From: Lepidodermella squamata
Lineage: Eukaryota; Animalia; Gastrotricha
Direction: 5' to 3'
Length of the DNA: 64,000 bases
Assembly: GCA_047495785.1 (NCBI GenBank)
Contig: JBLDXI010000024.1
Span: 3,658,001 to 3,722,000 of the forward strand
Made by a program: the position numbers and the translations under genes. This document shows positions 49,846-62,699 of the stretch, piece by piece. Each line of letters begins with the position of its first letter. Position 1 is the first letter of the stretch. Under the pieces are notes generated by a model. That model saw only the letters and a list, made by a program, of their open reading frames with translations. It had not been told where the DNA came from and made no database searches.

Positions 49846-52800
49846 ATGAAATCATCAAAACGCTGGAGTGCCGATATTGATGAAAAAGGAGGACCAGCTT
49901 GGTATGTTCAGGAATTTATCTTTAGTTTTTTTTTAACTTTTCTATCTTTATTTTCAGCGTTTGGGATGTATGTTTCAGCCCTGATGGTACCCAAATTGTA
50001 GCCGGCGGTTCGAAATTGGTTGTGTATTCAAGCGCTGATGGCAGTGTCCTTCAAAAGCTGAAAGGTCACAAAGATACGGTTCATTGCGTCGCCTATGCTG
50101 CCGATGGCAAGAAATTTGCCTCAGGATCAGCCGATAAATCCGTCATAATTTGGAGTTACGGCCTAGAGGCACTGCTTAAATTCAGCCATTTAGACGCTAT
50201 TCAATGCCTGGCGTTCAACCCGGTCACGCATGCTCTACTCAGCTGTGCCGTCAGCGATTTCGGCTTCTGGCGGGCGGATGTGAAGAGTATTGACAAAATC
50301 AAAGTTCCATCGCGCATTTGTTCGTGCTCGTGGACAAGTGACGGGTCGTTTTTCGCGCTCGGCTTTGCGAATGGTGTTATATCTATCCGTAATAAAAACG
50401 GCGATGAAAAGAAGCGAATCGATCGCGGTCCTGGACAGCCTCAAAGCCCGATTTGGTCGGTCGATATTTGCTCATTCAAGTAAGTTACTTGGAAAAAATG
50501 ATTTGAATTCCTGAATTATTGCCAGCTCGGGCGAATATGATATTTCACTCTATTAAATATGGGTGCGAGTAATTTTGAAACTGCCTTTGAGTTTCGTTCC
50601 CCAAGTCGAAATCGGAAATTGTTATGACTTGACTTATGAACATATTTTAATTCATCATTATTCGATTGAGCATTGTTAATTCCATCAGGTTCCGTTGTGT
50701 AGTGGTTCATCACGTCTGCTTTACACGCAGAAGGTCGCGGGTTCGAACCCCGCCGGAACCTTCCTTTTTCAGATTTTTGTGATCAGTTATCACCAGTTCA
50801 CTTGAGGGGTAAAAAATTCGCTACCACTTGAAAACATGTTATGAGTTGAAAGCTTAGATAGGTAGTAAATTTTAAACGTTCTAGAAATTGTCACAGTCCT
50901 CGGCATCCGCTTTTGTTTCTCTAGACCCGAAAAACATGGCTTTGTCGATAATAGGAGCTTTAACGGTATTTTATTCGAGATTGCAAATCTACATTCGATT
51001 TTTCATTTAATTTTATTATTTTGTATTCGACTGCTCAACTGAAATGAAGCCGAATTTCAAAACTTGGCGCCAACATAATTTTTTTTGCAAAAATCAATTT
51101 CCCAAATTTTCCCTGATCCTCGCCAAGTCCGATCCTATAAATGGCTGAAAGACCTTTTTCAATTATTTATTTCGAAGTTTGAAGTAATTTTTCGCTCGGT
51201 AAATAAGCTGCGCCTTCGGAAAAATGAGCTTAAAGTTTCTGTTGCGTCACACAGTTGGGCCAAATACGCACTGAAGATGTGATGGAACAATCAACTGATT
51301 AACATTTTTATTTTTGATTGGTTAGGCCACCTTTTCATACGGCGATCCCAAGTTTTTCGATTTATTTTAGACAAATCAAACTTAATACAGGACTCTCAAC
51401 AATTTTTTGAGAGTTTTTTTTATAAATTTCATTACTATACCTAACGTAGATATCCATGGTCTCCAAATTTCGGATTTTTGGCGATAAATGAAATTTTTAC
51501 AGTTTTCACTTCGAACTAAAACTTAATTTTTGTATTCGCACTTACAGAGACGAATCGTACAATATCTTGGCCGTCGCTGATTGGTCGCAGCGATTGTCGT
51601 TTTATCACCTTAACGGCGAGCCCGGCGGCCGTGAGCGAAATCTCGGCTTCGACCCTGGTTTCCTAACGTGGTTCCCAGGCGGCGATTACCTACTCTGCGG
51701 CGGTTCAAACGGCCAAGTGCTGCTCTACTCGAAAGAAGGCATCAAACTATGCCAAATCGCCGATACAAAATCATGGGTATGGCGGGCTCGAGTTTCAGCC
51801 GACGGGCAAATGGTCGCTATAGCATGCCAAGACGGAACCGTCTCCTGCTACCAGGTCCTATCCAGCGTAGTCCACGCCATCTACCGAGACCGCTACATGT
51901 ACCGGCAAAACATGACCGATGTAATCGTGCATCACCTGGTTACAAATCACAAGGTTAAGGTGAAACTGCGCGATCTCGTCAAAAAAGTTGCGCTATTCAA
52001 AAATCGAATGGCTGTTCAGTTGCCGGAGCGAATTATCGTCTACGAATTGCTGACCGACGACCCGAAAGACATGCAATATCACGTTAAGGAGAAGATTAAT
52101 CTTAAGGTCGACTGCAGTTTACTGGTTGTTACGTCGGCTAATATTTTGTTGTGCCAAGAGAAACGGCTCATCTGCTACAATTACAAGGGCGTTAAAGAGC
52201 GCGAGTGGACGATGGAGGCGCAGATTCGGTATTTGAAGGTCATCGGCGGCCTGCCGGGTCGCGAGGGCCTGGTTGTTGGGCTGAAGAATGGCCAGGTGTG
52301 GAAGGTTTTCTTGGATAACCAATTTCCGATTTCGATCGCGTCTATCAGCGGCTCGGTTCGCTGTGTTGATTTGAGCATGACGCGGCGCAAATTGGCCATT
52401 GTCGATGAAACGGAAGCGTGTTCCGTCTACGACGTTAATACCAAAGAACTGCTTTTCACGGTAAATTTTTCTTGATTCTTAATTTTTTATAAGAATTTAA
52501 ATTTTTTTTAATTTAAAATTTTAATTAAATTAAATTATATTTATTTATGGGTCGTTATATATTCATACTTAAATAAGTACGCATTTTTTGACATTACTAC
52601 TTGAATGGCTTGCCGGTTACAAAATATTCGAAATTTTTTACCATAAGTTTCTGCATTTCAAACTCAGTAAGAATTCTCCGGGAAAGCCTTACATACAAGT
52701 GCCTTTATCAGTCCTATCGTGGATGGAAACAACTGTCATCAAAAATCGAACCTATCGATTGTTAGCAGCTTTCATGAGACCCGGTAGCAGATCTCTAATA

Positions 52801-55800
52801 GCCAAAATGCGGCAAAACGCAGCTATGATTTGACCGCCAATATTCTGTAATAATAAAAAATGAGAAATCAGAATATTTCGGAAAATTCTCGGGTTCTTAG
52901 ATCGATTTTCTTAGAGTAATTTACCCGCAGTTTTGATTGAGTTCTATTTTCGTCACAAAATATTTGCAATCTGCAATCGAAATTTTCCGTCCCAATCAAG
53001 AACATTCGGGACCCTATGCGAGATAGGGTATATAATGCTGATAGAAATCCTAATATTGAACTCTCCAATGCAGTTTTGTCTTTATTTTTTTTTATTTTCT
53101 AGAAGGACATTGTCAAAAAATTTTCCTTTGAGAATTTCAAGGCTTCAACAACTCTGATGCATTACTACGTTTTTTTCTCTCTACGAATGCTCGCAAGCAT
53201 AATTTTGAAGACAAAGTTTTAGAAAAGACTTGTGATTTGTGCTGAATTTTCTAATTTCAATGTATAAATCTGAGTCAAAATTTACCTGTGTGCCATTAGC
53301 CAGCCTTTTCAGCAATCCGTTTAAATTTTCGAATGGATTTATATCCGTCGCCCATAAAGGCCCGAGGCGTTTGCAGTCATCCGCAAGATGCAGTAATGAG
53401 TGAATTACGAAGACCAAATGACGGATGCCATAGAGGGTTTCCCATCGTGATGAATTTTCCATTTTGCTTGATGAGAGAGGGGCAAAGTCTATATTTTCGA
53501 ATTTAATGAAATGAATCATTAAATTTGCTTTCACGTCGGTACCAGTATAACCCTTGTTAGCTGATCTGCGTGGATTCGTCCGAAAAAGTCACCGAAAACA
53601 CTCTCGAAATCCGATTTTACACGAGAATAATGTTAAGATAGGGCGAGGATCTTGTACAAGTATAGGGATTTTTTATCTCAACACGATCTCAGGCATGGTT
53701 CATCCATTGTGAATCGTATTTTTGGTGCTTGTAAGTAGCCGTGGCGTAAATTTCGAAAGACCATGAATTCGGATCGCCAACAACTCGACTTGAAAGCAAA
53801 GACTGTTCAGTTTTAAAGTTGCTGCGGGATCGGGCAAAGCTGGTAAAAGCTCAGAATTAAAGCTGTGTAAAATGCGACTCGGATCATAAGGGATGAGACC
53901 TGGGAATTGACGTTTCAGCCAGCCGATGAAGCCTTCATACGGGAAGGCGCTTAATTCATCGCGACCACCGTAAAAGGCACAACTGTTTGCTAGGTTTGCT
54001 AGGGCACCAATGGATAATTAGGCGAATTAGTAACGAGCGGAGAATTAGGCCAGGCCTTTGCTGGCAGTATGGGTAGAAAGTATCGTCGGTCATCCAACCA
54101 CTCTCAGTGATACCGTATTCAGCATCTTATGGGTCCTTCTCATTAGTTGCATCACGTGCAACGGCGCAGAATTGTCTGAACGGGCAGGTGACGGTGCCTT
54201 CTTGTCTGATCCTAAAATTTCTTGACTAATGTAACTCGAACCTCGAATATCCATTACTTTTTTATCCTAGAACAGCCTCAGACAAGTTTCGTCGATATGT
54301 TTTTGCCTGTGTTGTCAGGCGGTAGATGTTCAAAATGAACAAAAAAATTCCGAAAAAGTTTGAGAATTATAAAAAAAATCATTAATTAAAAGTCAAATTT
54401 CGTAATATTATTATTTTTAATTTTTCTTAGGAACTGAATGTGTCATCGATTGCCTGGAACGCTCAATTTGAGGATATGCTGTGTTATTCCGGCCACGGCT
54501 TAATCGGCATTAAGGCTGCTAATTTCCCGACGAATCGCCAGCGATTTTCCGGCTTCGTCGTTGGATTCATGGGCTCAAAAGTGTTCTGCCTATTCAGCAA
54601 TAATTCAATGATCGCCATCGACATTCCGCAATCGCTGGCCATGTACCAATTTTTGGAGAAAAATCGATTCAAGTCAGTTTGAATAATCAAAATTTGCGAA
54701 AATTTATTTCAATTTTTATTTTATTTTTTTTTCAGCGACGCTTATCGAGTAGCTTGTTTGGGCGTTACTGATGGTGACTGGAAATTTTTGGCCGAAACAG
54801 CTCTCGAACATGCTAAATTTGACATAGCCAAGAAGGCTTACATTCGCCTGCGTGATCCGAAATACCTCGATTTAATGTACACTATCCAGGAGCGCAGTGA
54901 TCGCGGCGAGTCGAATGCTTCGGTTTTCTTAGGCGATTCACTGGCTTATCAGGGCCGTTTCCCCGACGCTGCTAAATCGTACCGCCGGGCTGGCAAAGAG
55001 CATCTCGCCTTCCGCATGTACAGCGATCTGAAAATGTTCGACTTGGCCAAGGTAAACAAAAATAGAAAAGTCATCAATATCCAATACAAAAATTTAAGAA
55101 CTGGGAAGAAGCCGAAGTACATTAATGTCAAGATTTTTTAGAATAAACCAGGGTGCTCTAATTTACTAAAAAAGGGAAAATTTGAAGATTCGCAGCTGAA
55201 TTGAAATACTGAACTGAAATTGTGCTGAAAATAGTCTGGGATATTTTCTAAGTTTCCAAAACGAATTGAAAAAATGGAAAATTCGTTGGTTGATGCGGAA
55301 ATTGAGCTAAAAAAATTGAGTGTGGATGTGGGTTACTTTTTGTCTTGAACTTTTTGTCCTTCCCAGTGTAATTCTTTCTGAAAATTTGACACTTCTCACA
55401 ATCTTGTTCAATTCCTAGGAACTAAATAATCAATCAATAAAAATCAGCGTTTCCCATAAGTTGCCCAACCATTTTTTTATTTTTCCAAAATTTTGCAGGG
55501 ATTTTAACTAATTTTTGAAATTAATCGGGAAATTTCACCGAAAAAATTGAACATTGACCTGAGAAAACCCGAATAAACCCGATTGTAACTTATTTTTTGG
55601 TCTTTTCCCGTATAGGCCGAATTTTTCCGGAATTTTGTATCCAATGATCAAGCAACATACTTTATTACTATTCTCATGGCTTTTTGAATTGTTCGACGAT
55701 TTTTGCGGCCTTCGTCTCTCATTCTTGAGTTTCTGAACCCTGATCCGTGTATTTTTTCTGTTACTTTCGGGACATGCTGTAAAATTTTATCAAATTTCGT

Positions 55801-58800
55801 AATTTTATATTTTTAAATTTTAATAATAATTTTTTAACAGGAATTTCTATCGAACGATGATCAAGAAAACCGGCGTCAATTGCTGTCGAAACAAGCCGAT
55901 TGGGCGCGTAACGTCAACGACTCACGCGCAGCAGCCGATATGTACATAGCCGCGGGTGAATACATCAAAGCCATTGATATAATCGGCGAAAACGGCTGGA
56001 CAGACAAGCTCATCGACCTAGTTCGCCGGCTCAACAAAGCCGACACTGAATCGTTAGCTCGATGCGGCCATTACCTGCGCAAATCCGGCCAGTTCGCCTT
56101 CGCCGCCGAGTGTTACAACAAAATGGGCGACATTGCCGGGCTAATTAGCGTATGCGTCGAGTCGAAAAACTGGGAAGAGGCCGTAGATTTAGCGAAGCGG
56201 TACCCGGATCATAAGAAGGCGATCTTCGAGCCGTATGCTAAGCACCTCATCGAACGCGGCTTGTTCGAGGAGGCACAACAGGCGTTCCACGAGGGCGGCC
56301 TATCAGCGGCTGCCGTTCGATTGCTAGAACAGCTGACTGAAAATGCTGTTTCCGAGTGCCGATTTGATGACGCGGCGTTTTACTACTGGAAATTATCTAT
56401 TCAATGTGCCGAAATCGCTCAACGTTAGTTTTACTCAATTCTTATTTATATCGAACGTTTAATTCAAGGGTGGGAAGTGCGCAGTCTAAATTTAGGGTTC
56501 CAGCACTAAATTTCTGACTCAAGCCCTAGATTTCCCTTAAATATGCTTTTTTGAGTTTCATGTCTTCATGTCAGTTTATGAGTTACATCAGCCTGCATAG
56601 CCGATATCGATTCCAAGTATCGATTTTGCACATTTTCCGATCGATTTTCCGATATCAGCCGTCGTGGAAACCAACATCGAAAGTTTTTCTACGTAGCTTA
56701 GGGCGGCAGGTAGCTAAAACAAATAATCTTAGATTCAGAGAGGGCATCAGTATCGTTCAAAAAGCGAAAACGCCGAAATCTCAAAGAACATGAAAAATTT
56801 AGTGCCAGGACGATTAAATTTAGTGCTGGAACCTCATTTTTAGTGGTACAAATATTTGGACCCTTATTTCAATCCATTTTTGTCACCTTGAATGATCTTG
56901 ATGTAAAACGTGTAACGAAATATCAGAAATTTTGATCTGAGATGTCGCGACAATTCAGAACGCGACACTTCAGAAAATTAACAAATTATTTTTCTGAGCG
57001 TTATTTCAGAACACGAGAACACGTTATTTCAGAATGAATAACTCAGAATATACTTTTAGGTACGGCGACAAAACAGCAACTTCGCGAAACAGCGAATGCG
57101 ACAAAACAGCAAATTTTTTATTTTGCGACAAAACAGCAAAAAATTACTTATGTAAAAGATGCATCGTGTTTCTGCTGTTATGTCGCAAGTTGAAAAAGTT
57201 GCTGTTTGCTGTTTTGGGTATTTGCTGTTATGGCGGTCTGCCTACTTTTAATAATTAATCCGAAAACTCCGAAAAATCGGCAGACCGTCACAACAGCAAA
57301 TACCCATAACAGCTGTTTCGCGAAGTTGCTGTTTTGTCGCCGTACCGAAAAGTCAGAATATTAAACTCCGAAATCTCTGAAAATTAATATTATCAACTCA
57401 GTAACTCAGAACTAAAGAAGTAGCTCCAGCTGCTGTGGACTACAGCATTGGTAACCGTTTCGCTTGCCTCGTGGGCGGCGATAGCATTCGTGTCTTTCAG
57501 CAGAACTTTCCATAGGCCGGTCACGAGGCGAGTTGACAGCGCAGCCCTTCAGGACAGGAGCGGGGCAGCAGCTTTTCGTAACAGTTCCAGGCGATCCGCC
57601 ACCCGTGAGTGCGAGAGTCCGACACGGTTGTTGGCAAGTATCTCAGCCAGCAGGTTGGCGTAGCGAAATGCGGGCGAATAGAGTCGGGCGAGGGCTTCGA
57701 CACTGGAGACATCAAGACGATCGACCCGGTTCGGCCGGTTCGGCAACTGTGTCGCCATCGTTAATCGCGCGCCAAATGTCTGATATTTGAACAAGCTGCG
57801 GGGCACGTGGCCCGCGCTCAGAGGCCCGATCGCGGCGGTTGTTCACACAAGGAGACCGTTACTTCATCACTTTATGTGAAAATGCACAGTCTGTAAAACA
57901 ATCTGTTTGAAAACGACTAGGAGGTCGTAGGCTGGAAGGGGGACTAACTTCGATTTTTCCGATCCCAATATGCAGAACTCACGATTTTGACCTGAAAATG
58001 GCCGGCATGAACCAGGTTCACATGACGTGTTGAGATGTTGGACGTTATCCAACCTAGTTGTAGCGAAGTATAACTGGGCAAAAAACGCAATGAGCTCTCG
58101 ACCTTGATCTTGCATACTGATGAAGTAGAGCATTAGCGCATTGTAGAATTCAAGCTTGACCGGGACAAAATCAAGTGCCACAACCATTCGATAGCAAAGT
58201 CGAATTCGAGGGTTGGCGTAGGCGGTTGTATTCGTCCTTGATACCCGCAGGCAGCGGTGTTTCCACCTTGGCTTCAAAAATTTGCCAGACTTCTTCACGG
58301 CCTGAAACGGCCTTCACGGCTTCAGAATTGAACTTTATAGTTGATTCGTCTTCATGAGTATGAGTTCAATAAATCATTGTTCAACTTTTTCCAAGTTGTT
58401 CCGTAACTATTAATTAATCAATAATTACAAGTGTGACTTGAGGATTCTAAAATTCAGAATTTCGAATCTCTTGAGAATAAATTCCCAACTTTAAATTTAC
58501 CAGGTGATCCTCAGCAGCGTTCTGATATGTTTGAAAAATACCTGACCTACCAATCATTTGCGGACATGTTCTATGCCTACCACCCGATTTACAAGTACAC
58601 GGAAGAACCTTTCACGGCGTTAACGCCTCAACAGCTGTTCTACCGCAGCCATTTCTTATTCCATGCTCTCATCCGTGAAAATCCGCCAGGAATTTCGAAA
58701 ACGTGAGTTTTACTTCAGTTCCGTAATTTGCCTCTCGTTTAAGGAAAACCGGAAAAATGATGGTTTTTAGACTTTTATGACCTTCAAATGCTTTCAGGTT

Positions 58801-59584
58801 GGTTCTCATAACTTTGGCAAGATTCAGCAATCAGCTCGGCTGTTATAAGCTCGCCAACTTTTGCTACGAACGCCTGCAACATCTGTACGTTCCGGCTAAA
58901 TTTCGCAGCCAAGTGCAGCTTCAATCACTATTCATGAAAGCGAAGCAATTCAAAGATAAGGAAGAAATGCAGCCACTGTGCTACCGTTGTTCAAACCACA
59001 GTCCGTTGCTTAGCAACCAGCCTAACATGTGTTCAACGTGTCAAAACCACTTCTTCTACTCATTCGACACATTCGAAGTCCTGCCCTTGGTTAGCTTTGA
59101 GCTGGAAGAGGGCATTTCGCACGAGGAAGCGATGACTTTGATCGAGGCTGGCCAATCTATCCAGGCAACGCAGGAACCGGCGAAAAGCAAGCCTAAACAA
59201 GCTGATAGGGGCAGGGTGAATCAGCGAGGCGAATCACTCATGATCGGCAGCAATGAAGACATGCCGCCGGAGCCGGACAGCGATGACCTTGATTTATTCA
59301 CTAAAAATCTCATGCAGTCAGATTTTGGCAACGAATCGGGGATGGGCAATACCGTGAAATCGGTTGTAGTCGGTCGCGATATCTTGCGGTCGTTGAATGT
59401 GGCCGATGTCATAGTCCTCCGCCAGCCCGAACCTTTGCCAACAAAATATTTGAAGAACATGCTGCCTAGCATGCGCGTCATCAAATGCCCGCAATGCGTG
59501 CGCCTGTTCATTTTAGAGGACTATGAAAAAATTACGCGGGAGATCGGGAAGTGCCCGTTTTGCCGGCGAGCTGTCGAAGGCTGA
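49846..59584 (+). CDS. IFT122: Intraflagellar transport protein 122 (WDR10/DAF-10); 8 exons approx. 49846-49901, 49958-50478, 51548-52460, 54431-54672, 54736-55050, 55841-56423, 58504-58702, 58798-59584
   Basis: [82 protein letters not shown] and C-terminal CPFCR. Confidence 0.96.
50688..50761 (+). tRNA. tRNA-Val(TAC) inside IFT122 intron 2
   Basis: Acceptor stem GGTTCCG/CGGAACC, anticodon arm TCTGC-TT TAC AC-GCAGA, T arm GCGGG-TTCGAAC-CCCGC, and a downstream T-run. The discriminator base is T. Confidence 0.9.
53285..54010 (-). mobile_element. Degenerate CACTA/EnSpm-like transposase fragments in IFT122 intron 3
   Basis: [28 protein letters not shown] (53285-53440) and [23 protein letters not shown] (~53900-54000). 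Confidence 0.6.
56486..56843. mobile_element. MITE-like inverted-repeat element
   Basis: Perfect 18-bp inverted repeat ggttccagcactaaattt (56496-56513) / aaatttagtgctggaacc (56816-56833), with imperfect extension outward. No TSD identified. Confidence 0.55.
57052..57353. mobile_element. 302-bp MITE with ~42-bp TIRs and an 8-bp TSD
   Basis: actttt(a/c)ggtacggcgacaaaacagcaacttcgcgaaacagc inverted at both ends; CAGAATAT at 57044-57051 and 57354-57361; internal gcgacaaaacagcaa subrepeats. Confidence 0.88.
57900..58360 (-). pseudogene. Probable frameshifted MULE-type transposase remnant
   Basis: GIKDEYN, a frameshift, then [24 protein letters not shown], resembling the GL..Y..R..ALAFVP..L..YF segment of animal MULE transposases. 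Confidence 0.4.
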
Positions 59585-60564
59585 AAGCTGATTTTACTTC
59601 ACCAAATCCGTCATTGTGTGGCATATATACTATATACATATATTGTGAGTGGTTAATGATCTCACGCGACAAAATGATCTCAAGTGGCGTGAATTCGTGC
59701 ATTTCAGGTATATTATATTGGATTAATCTGTAAAACTGAGAATAAAATCACACCATTGTAAACGTGTCAGCGGTTGGTTATTATTCCCTGTTTCAAGGTG
59801 ACTACAGGGAGCACCACTAGGTCAACCGTTCAGCTACCCGAAACAGAAATTAGGCTACCGGCTAAATGTTGGAATAGTTGCAAAATGACCTGGAAATAAC
59901 CGTCCGAACGCCGAGAAATCGGAAGTCGAATCGACTGAACTGCTGAATAAAAGGAACATTATTGTTTCTGTTGCAGGTTTGCTCGGTATGGCTCTGCGTT
60001 CAAGCCAAAGCGACTTAGCAAGGCGAAAGCGTAAGCCTGAGCCTCGAGGGCCTAGAGTAAGCCTAAAACTACATTTCAAACTCAAAGCATTTCAAAAGGT
60101 ACCTCAACGGGCAGCTAAGCTTCAAAGAACCTTAAGCACATGAATTGTACTCCCATCATTCCAGATCCAGCCAATCCATCCTCTGTATCAGGTTTCGCGT
60201 AAGTTTATCATGGGGATTTTAGCCGAGGAATGAAAACCTAACTGTTAGAGATTTATTCGAGATTTATTCTCATGTCATCGGTCGCCAAACTCATACCAAA
60301 TCGATGCCATTTAAACTCAGGTTATAGGTAATGCTAACTTTTGCCGCTATTAGGTAAAAGGGTCGCATTGAGAGATGTTACTGAATATAGATAAGTTCAT
60401 CAGGCTATTATCATTTCAAACTTCAGAAATATTGGGATTATTGTTACAAATATAACTGCTACTATGCTGAAGCCGATGATAACGATAATGACAATTATGG
60501 CTGCGAGCTATGAGTAAGCACATAGGTTAGTATTGGGTCATAAATTAATGTCGATTTAGGACAA

Positions 60565-61902
60565 TTAAATTCCGCAATCTCGCCGTGGGTATCCATCCGG
60601 GCAATCGCACATCACCGCGGAGCAACGCTTTGCGATGGCACAGTCACACAATTCTGTAAGGCAGAAATTAATCATTAATCATTACCTAATAGCTCTGTTT
60701 CACAAAGGAAACTCACCCTGATTACAATTTGGGCCTTTTCTGAAGCGGCTAAAACAAGAGCATTGGTTCGGACCTGTGCAGTACTGGCCAGCAGGGCATC
60801 CATTACAGAGGGCTGGAAATTGGAAATTAGGCCATATTCGACAAAACTTTTACTGAAGGATTACGCATATCGCAGTAAATTCCAGTCCAGCCTGGTAAAC
60901 ACTTGCAAGCCGGAATTGTGGGCGAAGAGCAAAAGCCATTTTTGCAGACGCTGGGATCACAATCCACTGAAATTCAAATAGCTACATAAAACAGAAGATC
61001 GGCTATAGCGGTAGATTTTATACCAGCATCAGAAACACGTAAATCTATGACCTGATGCAGCTGTGGGAGAACTCGGTTATTGCTTGTAATAGCTACAACC
61101 CAATCATCGCGAGGAGGCAATGCTGTTGTCGCTTTGTAGCTGAACGCTGTGAAGGCTGAAACATTCCACGAAGAATAGTCCATCTTAAAAGGAACATCAC
61201 AAACTACAGGTACTTCTAGAAATCAGACAACCAACCTTGAAGTCTGTCCCATTGGTGAGGGTGATGGTAACGGTGAACACACCTCCGGATGTCAGGCTTC
61301 GGTAATTCCTTCCATCATTCTGAGAGGATAAGACGTAGTTGTTCGATATTTCGCTAGCACTTTTCGGCGTTCCGGTGACTAAAGTGCCAATACGGGCGTA
61401 ATAAGACACGAACCACACATTTATCCCAATGAATGATGTTTCGTTCATGTAGAAGGTAATAGCGTTATTTGTAGTTAGCAAGGATTCGGGAATGACAAGG
61501 AGACGCGCTCCGTAGCTTCCAGAGCAGCGGAAATCCAACGTTGCAGTGATCACAATATCACTGAGGACGGAGGGCAGTTTCTGAAACAAGATTCTCGTAA
61601 AACGAAGATTAGAGAAAAGTACAAACTTTAGTCGAAGCCAAGTAACCATGGGTGGTTGCGTCGCATGCAGTATTGCCACCCAGCGTTATTCGCTTGTCTG
61701 ACTGTAAAAATGGACCTGCCCAGTTCCCACCTACTCTCCAATTATTCACTGCAAGAAATCAGATTAAGCCGATCGGTCTGAGAATAATTTGCAGCTTACG
61801 ATTTGCATCTCCCAAGTACGAGTAGTCGTCTTTGACGCCGCCGAACACAGAGTTCGCTGTCGAAAGTATTACGAGAAGATTTGTTGCGAAAAAGGAGTTC
61901 AT
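60565..61902 (-). CDS. Secreted protein: beta-rich (lectin-like) N-domain plus 3 EGF-like repeats (7 exons)
   Basis: Signal peptide MNSFFATNLLVILSTANSVFG. Spliced exons give CDPSVCKNGFCSSPTIPACKCLPGWTGIYCD, CNGCPAGQYCTGPNQCSC..GPNC and CDC..C..CDCPDGY..DC followed by a stop. Confidence 0.8.
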
Positions 61903-62699
61903 CTTCAGTAAATGTTTGGTGGACTGATTGATATTTCGAAGCGCAAGAATAATCGAAGTAGCGCTACTGTTTGACACCTGCCACATGAAAAATTCATTAA
62001 TAAGGTGTTTTTAATGTAAAATCTATTGCCAGGTAGCTCTTATTAAACACCTTTTGCTCTCCATTGTTGCACACCTCTTCGGGCGTTGCTCGCTGTTTTT
62101 TCAGTCCTCCAGTTTATCGGTCGTGAAGGTCAAGTGACTGTTTTTTGCTCAGCCTATCAACTGCTGGAACTGTACTAAAACGTCCCATGTCTATAAAGCA
62201 CTTACGTGCTTGTATGTAATCAAATGAAGTCCACAACAGATGACTTAATACTTGACATAGGATAAAACGCGGATGCTCATGTGAGAAAGAAAAACCGAGA
62301 TATTGATCAAATTCAGGATTTGAGGCAAAAGTTGAGCGAACTCGAAAGGCACCGACAATGCAACATGCAACTGGACACTTGGATATTTCAACTTTCTTGC
62401 TACCAAACCAAATTCGGCGAATCGAAAACACCTGTCAGCTGTCATTTTAGCCCTCGAATAGCCGTCGAAAGCCTTGAACGGCAAACCCAGATAGTATGAA
62501 ATGAAAGGAATTCAGTAGCAAAATTCTGCAGGTGAGAGTGGTGTGTTGGCTATTTCGGTGCAAGCCGACTATGATGACTCATAGCAGCAAATGACAACGA
62601 GCTTGATGAAACAGGCAGTTTCAATTTTTTTTAGCCGAAAATCACAATAAATATATCCAAAATTATACGTGATGGAAGTTGGCGAACCCTTTTTGAAAA

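Noticed and set aside
57420-57860. GC-rich ORFs in IFT122 intron 6 as a nested gene
   Set aside because: No motif, start or splice structure is supportable; more likely transposon debris.
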